Shown here one piece after another: positions 13,936 to 26,273 of a DNA stretch of 64,000 bases; the first letter of the stretch is position 1, and each line of letters starts with the position of its first letter. The translations under genes and the position numbers were made by a program. The stretch is from assembly GCF_001194135.2 (NCBI RefSeq), contig NC_068994.1, forward strand, positions 21,170,475-21,234,474. The letters are read 5' to 3'. Source of the stretch: Octopus bimaculoides. Taxonomy: Eukaryota. The notes under the pieces are model-generated. The model made no database searches. It was not told where the DNA came from and saw only the letters and a list, made by a program, of their open reading frames with translations.

Positions 13936-14295
13936 TATTACTCTTGACCCACCAAGAGGAGTAGAAGTGTAACTGAATAGTGAGAGAGAGTGGGGGTGGG
14001 TCCCAAAGTGTGACACACTGACACACAAATTAGTTTTGGCATTATAGATAGAGACATGTTCTGAACTGAGATTTAAAATAAACTTCTTAAATTTTTTTAT
14101 TTCTATTTTGAAATTTCAAACCTATATTTTCATAAAAACTCAAATCTGAAATTGAAACTCGAAATTAAACTGAAAGTCTGAAATATAATTTTTCTTTTTT
14201 TAAAATTTTAATTTCTTTTACAAGGTTACAAAAACATGAGTTTTTGTTCATTTGAAAGAGATGGAGACTTGGATCAAAACTGCCATCTCTTTTAA

Positions 14296-14512
14296 CCCTT
14301 TAGCATTCAGATTAGTTTGTCAAATGCTTATTTATTCACATTGTTTTGAATTAATCATGCATTATCTTGTAGCTTTGAGATTTCAATAACGTAATTGTTT
14401 ATTTTTAGTATGACATTGTAGGGTGGGTGTAAGAGACTGTATTTGGCCAGTTTGGCCAAAAAAAACAGGTAGAATATTAGGGTTAGATGTGGCTGGTTTA
14501 AATGCTAAAGCA
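14296..14512. mobile_element. piggyBac-like MITE
   Basis: TTAA|CCCTTTAGCATT ... AATGCTAAAGCA|TTAA, TTAA duplicated at both ends. Confidence 0.75.
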
Positions 14513-14551
14513 TTAAGAAAATAACCTAAAATACAATAAAACTTAGTTTAC

Positions 14552-14674
14552 CTCACTGCTAATGTGGCCTGTTAACAGCAAAGCACCAATAGTGATTAGA
14601 AGGGTACCAACAGCAAATAAGGCAGTAGCCAAAGCTATTGCCTTGTAAGGAATCTTTGGTGGAGGCTTTTCAAA
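14552..14674 (-). CDS. TMEM230: TMEM230 coding exon 2 (41 aa, first TM helix)
   Basis: TTTCAG acceptor, [47 protein letters not shown] donor, phase 0-0. [13 protein letters not shown] is diagnostic. Confidence 0.95.
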
Positions 14675-14792
14675 CTGAAATAAGAAACCAATAAATGGAT
14701 GAGGAGAAGAAGATTGAGAAAAAGAGGCAAGAAAATTAGACCAGACATACCAATGGATGGCAAAAAAAAACAAAAAAACACAGACAATTTAA

Positions 14793-15008
14793 TTCTTTAG
14801 CATTCAGATTACTCTGTCAAATATAATGCTTATTCATTTACATTGTTTTGAATTAATCATGAATTATCTCATAGCTTCGAGATTTCAATGGTGTGATTGC
14901 TTTTAGAATAACATTGTAGAGCAAGTGTGATAGGCCAGGTCCAGCTGGCTTGAACATAAATCAGGTAAAATATTTGGGTCAGATATGACAGGTTTAAATG
15001 CTAAAGAG
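14793..15008. mobile_element. piggyBac-like MITE (same family and orientation as 14296-14512)
   Basis: TTAA|TTCTTTAGCATTCAGATT ... AATGCTAAAGAG|TTAA; interior homologous to the first copy. Confidence 0.75.
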
Positions 15009-15338
15009 TTAAACAAACACAGAAACTGACAGGAAAAAAAGAGAAAGAAATGAGATTATAGGCAGGCACATTTTATTTTATAGGATGTAGGAAGAGAGGC
15101 TGTGCCCAAGACTGTTGAAGTCTCTTTCAGACTTATGAGACTGAACATTTTAAGGCTTAGTTGGAAGAGGAAGGGCAGCACCTTTCTTGGGGCCTCCAAA
15201 ACAAGTGTAAGGAAATTATCTTCAGATGAGAGACTTGGTCCACATGAGGATGTTCAGCTTCAATAATTGTACGACAAACATGGTCTGTAGCAAGGGCCTT
15301 AGTGGATAGAGTATAGAGGTTGAAAAAGGCAAGCTAAG

Positions 15339-15386
<48 letters not shown>

Positions 15387-15919
15387 NNNNNNNNNNNNNN
15401 NNNNNNNNNNNNNNNNNNNNNNNNNNNNNNNNNNNNNNNNNNNNNNNNNNNNNNNNNNNNNNNNNNNNNNNNNNNNNNNNNNNNNNNNNNNNNNNNNNNN
15501 NNNNNNNNNNNNNNNNNNNNNNNNNNNNNNNNNNNNNNNNNNNNNNNNNNNNNNNNNNNNNNNNNNNNNNNNNNNNNNNNNNNNNNNNNNNNNNNNNNNN
15601 NNNNNNNNNNNNNNNNNNNNNNNNNNNNNNNNNNNNNNNNNNNNNNNNNNNNNNNNNNNNNNNNNNNNNNNNNNNNNNNNNNNNNNNNNNNNNNNNNNNN
15701 NNNNNNNNNNNNNNNNNNNNNNNNNNNNNNNNNNNNNNNNNNNNNNNNNNNNNNNNNNNNNNNNNNNNNNNNNNNNNNNNNNNNNNNNNNNNNNNNNNNN
15801 NNNNNNNNNNNNNNNNNNNNNNNNNNNNNNNNNNNNNNNNNNNNNNNNNNNNNNNNNNNNNNNNNNNNNNNNNNNNNNNNNNNNNNNNNNNNNNNNNNNN
15901 NNNNNNNNNNNNNNNNNNN
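15387..15919. other. Assembly gap preceded by a (TG)n microsatellite
   Basis: N run; (TG)n at ~15341-15386. Confidence 0.99.
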
Positions 15920-16325
15920 TTGCTGAATCCTTAACCACGCATGCGTGGGTTTCAACATCGAAGCGTTCCCGCTATTAGACTGTCTCTTACGAAGCCAGAC
16001 AGCGACCAAGCAAGACGTCTAAGCAAGCTCTCCCATTTGAGTGTGGTTGAACCAAGTTGTCTCTATAACGACACCAGCTCGAAGAACCGTACATCTACAT
16101 TTCAGGCCACTCTAAAACTGGACAATTAGAAGCTGTTTTATTTTCCACCGAACAATAAATATTTGTTGTTGTTGATCAGTTTGGAGTTTCTGCGTTCAGT
16201 TCTCTTCCAATTTAATGTAGGAAAGTTAGGTGTATATCTAAAGATATATAACCCACTCTCCTAAAGTATCTCAAATTACTGAAACTAGGAAGTACAATAT
16301 ATTTTTAACAATGTTTATCTTTTAG

Positions 16326-16545
16326 TCTTTTATCTTTTACTTGTTTCAGTCATTTGACTATGGCCATGCTGGGGCACCACCATGAAGAATTTATAGTTGA
16401 ATGAATCGAACCCAATACTAATTTTTTAAGCCTGCTACTTATTCTATCAATCACTTTTACTGAACTGCTAAGTTACAGGGACATAAACACACCAACAATG
16501 GTTGTCAAGTAGTGGTGGGAGACAAATACAGGCACAAATATACAT
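16326..16545 (-). mobile_element. SINE family A 3' half
   Basis: TTTTACTTGTTTCAGTCATTTGACTATGGCCATGCTGG is the reverse complement of the family A tail. Confidence 0.75.
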
Positions 16546-16574
16546 ATACATACATATATATATATATATATAAG

Positions 16575-17709
16575 ATTTGGGTGGAGGAAGTTTAGAGAGT
16601 TATTACTTCTGTTAGCAACAAAAGGCTTCTCTCTCAGAATGAAAAGTAGACTATATGATGCTTGTGTACAAATGGCTACACTCCATGGTAGTGAGACATG
16701 GGCTCTGAATGCTGAAGACATGCATTAACTGGAAAGAAACGAAGGTAGTATGCTCTGTTGGATGTGTAACATCAGTGCAAATGTACTGAGAGAAAAGTTG
16801 GGTATAAGAGGAATCAAATGTAGCATGCAAGAGAGAAGACTACGTTGGGTTGGACATGTGATGTGTATGAATGAGGACAGCTGCATAAAGAAGTGCTGAT
16901 CTCTGAAAGTGGATGGTAATCGTAGAAGAAGGAGACTCAGGAAGACATGGGATGAAGTGGTAAGGACTGATCTCAGGAAGTTGGACCTCACGGAGGAAAT
17001 GACCATGGACCGAGATGTCTGAAGATATGAAGTTCTTGAGAAGACCTGCCACATCAGCAAAACTGAGTTCTAGAAGCGCTGTGTAGAAAACTTCTCACAC
17101 ACTCTACCACAATGAACCAAACTATGTCTCTACATCCCTTCTCTTCTTCACATTCCTGCTTCATGTACTATGATTACCTCTCACTCCCCAATCTTGTCCT
17201 CTTGGTCTGGTGCCACTGTATCATTGCTCTCTGTTTGCCCTGACCTATGAGTTCTACCAACATGCCTTGTCTCATTCTATTATTGTCATCTGCTAGCCCC
17301 CAACCTAAGTGTTCCACCCACACGTAACAAGAAAACTTTTCCCACAAACCAAGTTACATCTCTTCTCTTTCTTGCATTTCCTCCTTCATTCACTATGCCT
17401 ATTTCTCCCTCCTTGCCTAGTTCTCACTCTCCAATCCTGTCCTCACACACCTGCTCCTCTGTATCACTGCTATCCGGTAGCCCCTCCAACTCTATATCTA
17501 CCCAGGTCTTTCACCACTTACTCGCACTCCCTTTGCAATAACCTGTCACCTGTCACTTATATTATGGCATTTGAACCTCAAGGGTATGCTCTGGTACTTG
17601 CCACTATCTGTATCTCTCTCCTCCTTTACTCAACCATCTCATTTATGCTCTGATCCCTGTTCCTTCTGAGTATGCCCAGCATTTTGCCACCATCTTCATC
17701 CTGCAATCT

Positions 17710-17755
<46 letters not shown>

Positions 17756-18174
17756 GGCCAGTTAACCTTGTACTTCCTCTTCAGCAAGACACCTATATCT
17801 GTCTCACTATAACCTTTTCATCATCACCTCCTCCAATGCCTCCCCCCTCTTAAAAGTTTTTATCTTGCAAGTACTTGGTGACTCTGTCAGTGCAGGTGCC
17901 ACTTAAAAGCACCCAGTCCACACTGTAAAGTGGTTGGCGTTTGGAAGGGCATCCAGCTGTAAAAACCTTCCCAAAACTGACCTCGCCTGTGCTTGTGCCA
18001 CATAAAAAGCACTAAGTCCACTCTGCTGAGTGGTTGATATTACGAAAGGCATCCAGCTATAAAAATCCTGCCAAAACAGTCACAGAAGTCTGGTGCAGAC
18101 TTTGGCCTTGGGTAGTTCTTGTGGTACTGTCCCACCCATGCTAGATGGAACACGGACGTTAAATGATAAAGATG

Positions 18175-18176
<2 letters not shown>
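16575..18176 (+). mobile_element. RTE LINE 3' fragment with long pyrimidine-rich 3' UTR
   Basis: LHGSETW..MQERRLRWVGHV..RKTWDEVVRTDL with stops; ends ACGGACGTTAAATGATAAAGATGAT. Confidence 0.8.
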
Positions 18177-18206
<30 letters not shown>

Positions 18207-19016
18207 AGCGGCTAATGCTATGCTTTGAGTTGGTATGTTGTAGCTGTCTACCAAATGTAGCATGTAAATGTAACGCTTGAAGGTTCTTGCGTCGGAGTAC
18301 CTGTAAACATCGAAGAATCAACACCAAGAAGGAAGAAATATTATTTGCATATGTTTATTCATTTGCCCGACAGGTAGTTAAAGAGACAGTAGCAATTCTA
18401 GTGATAATGACAACAAGGATAGCTCGCTGGTTAGTAGTTGATAGTGTAGAAAAAGGTTGTCTATCAGTAGATAGTGAAAGAGTAAGGAATGCATGGTGCT
18501 GACTAGAAAGGAAGAAAAGACAGAAGTGGCATCGTCTTTCTTGCAGCCGAGGAAAGTGCTGCTCCTGGTCATGGCTGATGCAAAAGAGCGTGTTGCTCCT
18601 TGGTCTGACTGACACAAAAGAGGAAGAGATAGGAAATTCTCTCTGTTATATAGACTATGGTCAGTAATGTAGGTCAAACCCTAAACAGAGGACTGACCTT
18701 TCCTTGATCAACACAGGTACTAGGGGGTCGAGTGTTTCCTCATCAATTATCTGGTGTGGAGAAGATTTCCTGCTCATTTTGACAAGCAGCAAGCGGGTGG
18801 ATTTGGTTTCAAATCTCAGGCAGGGTCAAGCTAGATCCCTACACTACTCCCCTGCTAGAGAGTTTCTAAAAAAAAAAGAAATGTACAATCTAGGGAAAAG
18901 AGTGCATCCATAGAAAAATGCATTTAAAGACAAGGTGAAAATAACGTTCAGCTAGTTCCCTACATATGTATAGAGTGTCAGGTGTGGTGTACAAATATTG
19001 AATAATTGACAAGAAA

Positions 19017-19553
19017 GGTCGCCAGAATTTTGGAAAAAATCTTTTTATTTCTTCCTTATTATTAACGCTTTTGTTTGTTTCTCGAACTTGTCAAATAGAC
19101 TTTTTTTAATGTACAAACAGCTTGTTCATTTATATAAAACAGTTGCTTTTTTTGGGGGGGTGGGGTGAGGTTCCATGACAATGGAGATAGATAGAAAGAG
19201 ACATAGGTAGATAGGCTGATAGATAGATAGAGAGAGAGAGAGAGAAGGCGGATCCCCTTCCTATTCACCATTCATTTATTTATTTTTCCCTTCTCTCTCT
19301 CTCTCCTTGTCTATCTCTCTATCTATCATCCTATGTACCTACCTATCTTTCTATATATCTATCTCTATTGTCATGGAACCCTACCCAAAAAAACAACAAT
19401 GTTCGCTTTTTCTAAACAAAGCCCCAAAAAAACTTGTTTTATATAAATGAACAAGCTGTTTGTGCATTCACAAAATTCTATTTGACAAGTTAGAATGAAA
19501 GCGCTAATAATAATGAAGAAATAAAAAGATCTTTTTCCAAAATTCTGGCAACC
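19017..19553. mobile_element. Palindromic foldback element/MITE
   Basis: Left arm (GGTCGCCAGAATTTTGGAAAAA...GGTTCCATGACAAT...GAGAGA) is the reverse complement of the right arm over ~240 bp, with a loop of only ~30 bp. Confidence 0.75.
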
Positions 19554-20279
19554 TTTTTGCTCACTATACATATAGTGGGCTTCTTTCAGTCAAAGATGCT
19601 TACCCAAGGTACCACGCAGTGGGGACTGAACCCAGAACAATGTGGTTGGGAAGCAAGCTTCTTACTACACAGCCACCTTTTTACCATGATATTTATTTTA
19701 GTAATATGCTAGATAAGCAAAGGGCTTTAGAGAAAATGAAACCAATGATATGAAATTGAAATATATTGAGCCATAGTATTACAATGTCTCTCAGATGTTA
19801 GTGGTGATAATAGTAAAGTAAATATTACAGTACTGACCACCAATGTACAGAAATATTTAAACTTTTTAGCTGACGTTGGGTCAAATATTTTTTAAGATCA
19901 TATAGCTGAGTGGAAATTTTGAGCATATCCTTATTGCTTTTATTAGTTTGTAAAAGAATGTAAACAATGCCCATATACCAAATGGATAGAAAAAAACTAA
20001 GTTCAGGTTTGTGATTTAAGAAAAAAAAGCACTGGTATTCTAAAGTATGTAAAAATGTGCAAGCATTGAACAGCACATGCTGTAATGCACTATCTCAGAA
20101 AAACTTCTCAAAGAGAATTTAGATGAGCAAAAGCTGTTGTCATAGCAATAAGATAAAAGGTTGTTGTCATAGCAATAAGACAAAAATTGACAGATCTAAG
20201 TTTACAACGTATTAATAAGTAAGTAAAATCTCTAGCTGACAACTGGAGGGGGAGGCTGTCCTCTTAACTAATATACTGC

Positions 20280-20590
20280 TGTGGGTACCACTAGATGATG
20301 GACTCTGGTGATGATATTATTCCATGCTTTCTAATCCGTGGCACTGGCCTTAACATGCTTAAGGTTGAGGCACTGCAACTTCAGGTCTTCCTCAATTTGT
20401 TTCACTCATGTCTTCTTTAGTGTGCTGTGCTGGAATCTCCAGTGCATGGGTCACTGCCATCACAAAAGTTGGTGTGGTAGTCTTCCGATACTCATCCTGT
20501 AAATGTGGCCAAACCACTGTAGCCTGCACTGCCGGATTTGGTCTTTAATGGTCAACTGTTGCTGGCATTGTTCTTGGATGTTGTTGTTTG
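20280..20590 (-). mobile_element. RTE-type LINE 3' fragment
   Basis: Reverse strand reads WFGHIYRMSIGRLPHQLL..KKT*VKQIEEDLK. Confidence 0.55.
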
Positions 20591-21491
20591 AGATTTGGTC
20601 ATGTAGAGAGCTTAGCAAATGATTTTGTTTGTACATGATTGAAAGTGTTTTTTTCTTCTTTTTTTAGTTCTCCACTTTGAAACAGAATTGCTTCTTTAAA
20701 AATATTTAATCAATGAACTCTATGCCAAGATTTACTAACTCTCCTAACCCATTTTGAGAACATGAATGGCCAAGTTAATAGGATAACAGATAACCAGTTA
20801 AAAGGTAAGTGGTTTGTTTACTGTCACCAGCATGTTGTTGTGACTAAAAGGTATAACTCAGAAGTAACCCAGTTTGTCTAGTTATAAATACGTACTGCAT
20901 TACACGAACAGTTTAAAACTGTAAGCAGCAGCATCACTACATAACATGAGTGATTCATTAGCTTTCGATGTTGAATTCAACTCCACTTCTAGGTTTAGCT
21001 AGGACGATTGGTTCTATCAAATTGATTTGCTCCAGAAACCTTATAACAAATATAGTGTTACATGGTGCCTATATGGCTCAATGATTATGATACCAATCAG
21101 TTTGCTTTAACATTCTCTTCTATTTATCAGGACAGTGTTCTCATACCTACCTGTCTAGGTAATTCTAGACTGAGGACAGATTAGAATAACTAGGTGTATT
21201 GATGACTAGCTTGGAATGAAAATAACAAATGAGATATAAAAAAAAATTAACATTACAACACTGATGACTGAAGGGTTATGTGACAGATTTGAACTCTACT
21301 AGACCCACACTGTAAGTTTAAACTCTGACACAGTTGGATAGTTACAAATGTCTCTTCCCAATCATGGTTCGGTATACAAACTGATTGTATGGCACTCTAT
21401 TTAATTACAGTCTTGGTTTGACCAATGACTTGTGAGTAGAATTGCCAAACTGCAACTGAGTATATGTATCTTTCACCAGTATGTATTGGTC

Positions 21492-22075
21492 ATCATCATC
21501 ATCGTTGTTTAACATCCGCTTTCCATGCTAGCATGGGTTGGACGATTTGACTGAGGACTGGTGAAACCAGATAGCTACACCAGGCTCCAATCTGATTTGG
21601 CAGAGTTTCTACAGCTGGATGCCCTTCCTAACGCCAACCACTTAGAGAGTGTAGTGGGTGCTTTTACGTGTCACCCGCACGAATGCCAGTCAGGCGGTAC
21701 TGGCAACGGCCACGCTCAAAATGGTGTATTTTATGTGCCACCTGCACAAGAGCCAGTCCAGGGGCACTGTCAACGATCTCGCTCGAAAATCCTATGAAGG
21801 CCAGTCAGGCGGTACTGGCAACGGTCATGCTCAGGATGGTACATCTTATGTGCCACCCGCACAAGAGCCAGTCTAGGGGCACTAGCAACGATCTCGCTCG
21901 AAAGTCCTTACACATGCGGCGGGCACAAGTGCCAGATAGGCAACGCTGGGCACAGGTGCCATCACGATTTCGATTTTGCTTGCCCCAATAAGTCTTTGCA
22001 AGCTGAGTTTCGTGTCCCAATGAAGGAGACGACGTTGGCATGGGTGCCAGTTGTTGAATTTAACCCGATTTCGAT
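21492..22075 (-). repeat. RTE 3'-UTR-derived repeat with an internal ~110-bp duplication
   Basis: (CAT)n tail at 21492; the unit GCCAGTCAGGCGGTACTGGCAACGG...AACGATCTCGCTCGAAA occurs twice. Near-identical family member at 50896-51352. Confidence 0.8.
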
Positions 22076-23366
22076 TTCACTTGCCTCAACAGGTCTTGAG
22101 CAAGGAAAATGAAAAACTGATGTTTTTATGAATGAAATCCCTTGAAAAATTTGTTCTGAATTAAAAATGCTGTGAATTTGTGGTTGGCCCTTTTGAAATC
22201 TGTAACCAGCGACACTATTATTCATAAATTACGATATAAAATGGATTTAGTAAAATACCTTATATTTTTATTATCTAAGTTCATGTTTAGAATGAAACTT
22301 GTCAAATAGAATCTATATAAAATCATGATGGGAAATTTCAATGTAAAACAGTATTTATTTTTCTCTCATGATGCCAGGCAAGGTTGAATCAAGAGATTAG
22401 CAACAATACAGGAAGAGTCATTGACAGGCACCAGACTACAACTTCAAATCTCATTGTAAACAAGCTAGCAGAATTGAGTATTAGTCCTGATTTTCAAGCT
22501 TTAATTAACTTTTATCTAATTTATCTATTTATTTCTTATTTTGCAAACCTTAAGCAAGAAACTTTATTCAATTAGTCCCAGTAAACTCATTTACAAAACA
22601 AACTCAAACTCTAGTCCTTTTTAACAGAATACTTTCTTTTTGACAAGAGGTGCAGGCATGGCTGTGTGGTAAGAAGTCTGCTTCCCAACCACTGAGTGGA
22701 TTTGGTAGATGGAAACTGAATGCTTCTTAAAAAGTATTCAACCCATGGATTCTATGCCAAAATTTGTTCTCAGTAATTATGTATAGTCTTAAGGCAGCAA
22801 GCTGGCAGCATTTTGTCCGTTTTCACATCCTGAGTTCAAATTCTGCCAAGGTCAACTTTGTCTTTCATCCTTTTGGGATCGATAAAATAAGTATCAGTTG
22901 AACACTGGAGTTGATGTAATTGACTAGCCCCTCCCCCAAAATTTCAGGCCTTGTGCCTATTAGTAGAAAGAAATATTTTTGTATAGTCTTTATATCACTA
23001 TTTAGCATATTTTACAATGAAAACTTGTGCTTATTTTATTCGATATCTCTTGAATGCTGTTCTATTTATTCAACTGTTGAATACATGTAAATGCAAATGT
23101 TTCAGGTTAATAAAACTTTTTGAGAACTAATACCAATATTAGTACAGTGACCATTATGCACGTAACACGGTCCACCAAATGTTGTTATTCATCAATAATT
23201 ATTTAACAATCCTAATATCACACTACAAATATATTGACTGAATTTATCCAAGTAAATCTTAGTAAAAATCAATCCTAGCAAGATCTAACCTTGAAATGTT
23301 CAGATTCACTTTGTTTTTAATCACTCTACTGCCATATTTCAAAATATTTATAAAAAACATTGAGCA

Positions 23367-23961
23367 GGCGCAGGAGTGGCTGTGTGGTAAGTAGCTTGCT
23401 TACCAGCCATATGGTTTCGGGTTCAGTCCCACGGCGTAGCACCATGGGCACGTGTCTTCTACTATAGCCTCGAGCCGACCAAAGCCTTGTGAGTGGATTT
23501 GGTAGACGGAAACTGAAAGAAGCCTGTCGTATATATCTAGGTATATGTTTGTGTGCTACGTATATATCTATGTATATAACTGGTGCTACGGAATTTGCAG
23601 ATGTAGAAGAGGTGAGGAAAAAGCGACGGAGGCGTTAAATGGAATCCCGATTTAAGGACTGTGTCAAGTCTTCATTAAAGGCCTGTGATATGCAGGACAC
23701 TGACTGGGAGAACAATGCCTGTCATCGCCACGGATGGTGGAAGCAGGTTAATGAGGGGATCGACACTTTTGAGAGAGCACGTATCCAGCATGAAGAACTT
23801 AANNNNNNNNNNTCCCCGTAACTTAGCGGTTCGGCAAAGAGACTGATAGAATAAGAACTAGGTTTATAAAGAATAAGTCCTGGGGTCGATTTGCTCGACT
23901 AAACGCGGTGCTCCAGCATGGCCGCAGTCAAATGACTGAAACAAGTAAAAGAGAGTAAAGA
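23367..23961 (+). mobile_element. SINE family A interrupted by an RTE fragment and gap
   Basis: 5' half 23367-23575, 3' half 23813-23961. Confidence 0.8.
23640..23802 (+). mobile_element. RTE (BovB-like) ORF C-terminal fragment inside a SINE
   Basis: SRFKDCVKSSLKACDMQDTDWENNACHRHGWWKQVNEGIDTFERAR matches the RTE C-terminal pattern; it abuts a 10-N gap. Confidence 0.65.
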
Positions 23962-25877
23962 GTAGTTAAAACAAACATGAGGGAACAAGAACACTATCTC
24001 TCATTCCTTGCTAAAGAAAGGTGGTAGAGAATCTTCACAATGGAACTGGACCACATCCACACTGAGTGTATGCTTGATAATAACCATTCATCATAATTCC
24101 ACAAGTCAGCAATTTGTGAATCTTAGACACAATACTAGTTTTAAACCTTAATTATTATTAGAAATTACAGTAGTTACAAACAGAAACAAAGCTTTCCAGA
24201 TGGTTTCCTCCTAGTTTATGTGAAAATGTACATTATCACATCTTCAAATATATATCATCTTTGCATCTGCTTTCCATGGTGGCATGGGTTGGACATTCTG
24301 ACAGAATACTTAAGATGAAAGGACCACATCATGCTCCGGTGTTTCAGTTTTGACTTGGCCCTTCTTAATGCCAATGCATTTTTCCTAGCACCAGCACTAA
24401 TGAGTTTGTCTTGTAATTGACAAGAGTAAAGAGTGAGAGGGGGAATAGGAGATGGTGTGGTCACTTTATGCCAGGTATTGAGAGGTTAAAGAATATTGGG
24501 AGGAACAAAAACAGGTTTATTATTGTAGAGGAGATTTGCAGTTGCCTCACATGGGTTGGTGGAGCAGATGGAGGGGGTACTTAAAAAGAGGTCGATATGG
24601 TGGAGGTAAAGCACTAGAACATGATCTCAAAGCAAAGAAACAGTAACAGTAACACTCACATACACGCAAACATGACAGGCTTTTTTCAGTTTTCATCTAT
24701 CAAATACAATTAGAAAACTTTGGTCAGCCCAGAGCTAGAATTATAAGACACTTGCCCAAGGTATCACACAGTGGGACTGAACCTGAAACCATGTGATTGG
24801 GAAGCAAACTTCTTACCACATAGCCATGCCTGGGACATAACAAGTAATAAATTCTAAATAATGGACACGTTTAAAAATTGAACAAATAGTCTGAAACCAG
24901 AATGTGTTAAAAGAAAAAATGATATGTAAAGGAAGAAAGAAAAAAATAGAAAGCAATCATACACATGAGCACATATTCGATTTTGAAAAGTGAGGTAAAA
25001 CTGACCTGAAATTTTAGTAGATAGTCAGATTTGTTCTTTTTGGTCATTTTGCAGTGAATTTACTGATAAAACCATACAAACTCAGGTTGAGTGGTTTTGT
25101 GTTTGATTTTGTTTTCTTCTCTACACCTAATTAAATATCAGGTGTTACATGCACACACACACACACAAGAGGGAGAAAGAGTCGGTGAAAGAGACAGGAA
25201 GTATTCGCCAGGCAAGTTAACTTGACATATGCATATGTAAATGAATACAAGGGTGGGATCAAATGAAAGGGGGGAAGACTGGCTGTATCAACAGTGAAGA
25301 TATTTTAATGTTGTAGCATTAAGTAAGTGGCTACTATAAGAGAAAGCCAAGCTATTAATATAGATACAACTGATTACAATGTTGTTGGGTATGAAAAAAG
25401 AGTGAGTGAGAGAGATTAAGGGATAAGTAAGATCCTGAAAGAAGAGATAAGAGAAGGAGAAATAGATACAGAGAGAGCAAGATAGTAAAATACAGACAGA
25501 TGAGAGTATATATATCTATAAGTGCCTACATACTAGAAGAGAGATGAAAACCAGTCCTACAATTTAGACTACAAAAGTTTTGGTTTTGTTTTTGATTGCT
25601 GGAACAGTCTGTCAAATGAATGTGGGAACTAGCAAATCTGATGCAGTAAGCCAAGAAATTTGAATTAAGATTACACCAACTTTAGGGATGAGAGTAACCA
25701 TTATTTAAATGGATAATTCTTAAGGAAAGAAACAACCACCAAATTATAATTAAATTAAATATGAAATGTAATAAAGAGTGAGTCTGATCTAGCAGTATTG
25801 CACCAACTCCAGACATGTTTCAGTCTTATTAAATCTCCTCAGCAAAACATTGTTTAAATGTTCCTGTAGATATTAAA

Positions 25878-26273
25878 CAGGAGTGGCTGTGTGGTAAGTA
25901 GCTTGCTTACCAACCACATGGTTCCAGGTTCAGTCCCACTGCATGGCACCTTGGGCAAGTGTCTTCTACTATAGCTTCGGGCCAACCAAAGCCTTGTTAA
26001 TGGATTTGGTAGACGGAAACTGAAAGAAGCCTATCGTATATATATGTATATATGCGTGTGTGTATGTTTGTGTGTCTGTGTTTTTTCCCTCCCAACCATC
26101 GCTTGACAACCAATGCTGGTGTGTTTACATCCCTGTAACTTAGCGGTTCGGCAAAAGAGACCGATAGAATAAGTACTAGGCTTACAAAGAATAAGTCCTG
26201 GTATCGATTTGTTTGACTAAAAGCTGTGCTCCAGCATGGCTGCAGTCAAATGACTAAAACAAATAAAAGAATA
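25878..26273 (+). mobile_element. SINE family A
   Basis: Colinear with 12745-13134. Confidence 0.85.

Noticed and set aside
13604-13972. His/Thr-rich 122-aa ORF
   Set aside because: Translation of a degenerate trinucleotide tract; no splice or domain support.
15222-16009. Long ORFs (194-238 aa) in the ORF track
   Set aside because: Artefacts of the N-gap and (TG)n microsatellite; same for 41306-42048.
18250-18860. Coding-like block with several short ORFs
   Set aside because: No recognisable domain in any frame; probably an old repeat, unresolved.
21780-21910. Repeat-spacer look suggesting a CRISPR-like array
   Set aside because: Only two ~110-bp tandem units inside a eukaryotic LINE UTR; no unique spacers and no cas genes.
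21561-22041. Several overlapping 70-107 aa ORFs, repeated at 50968-51357
   Set aside because: They lie in a GC-richer RTE 3'-UTR repeat and are open by composition.
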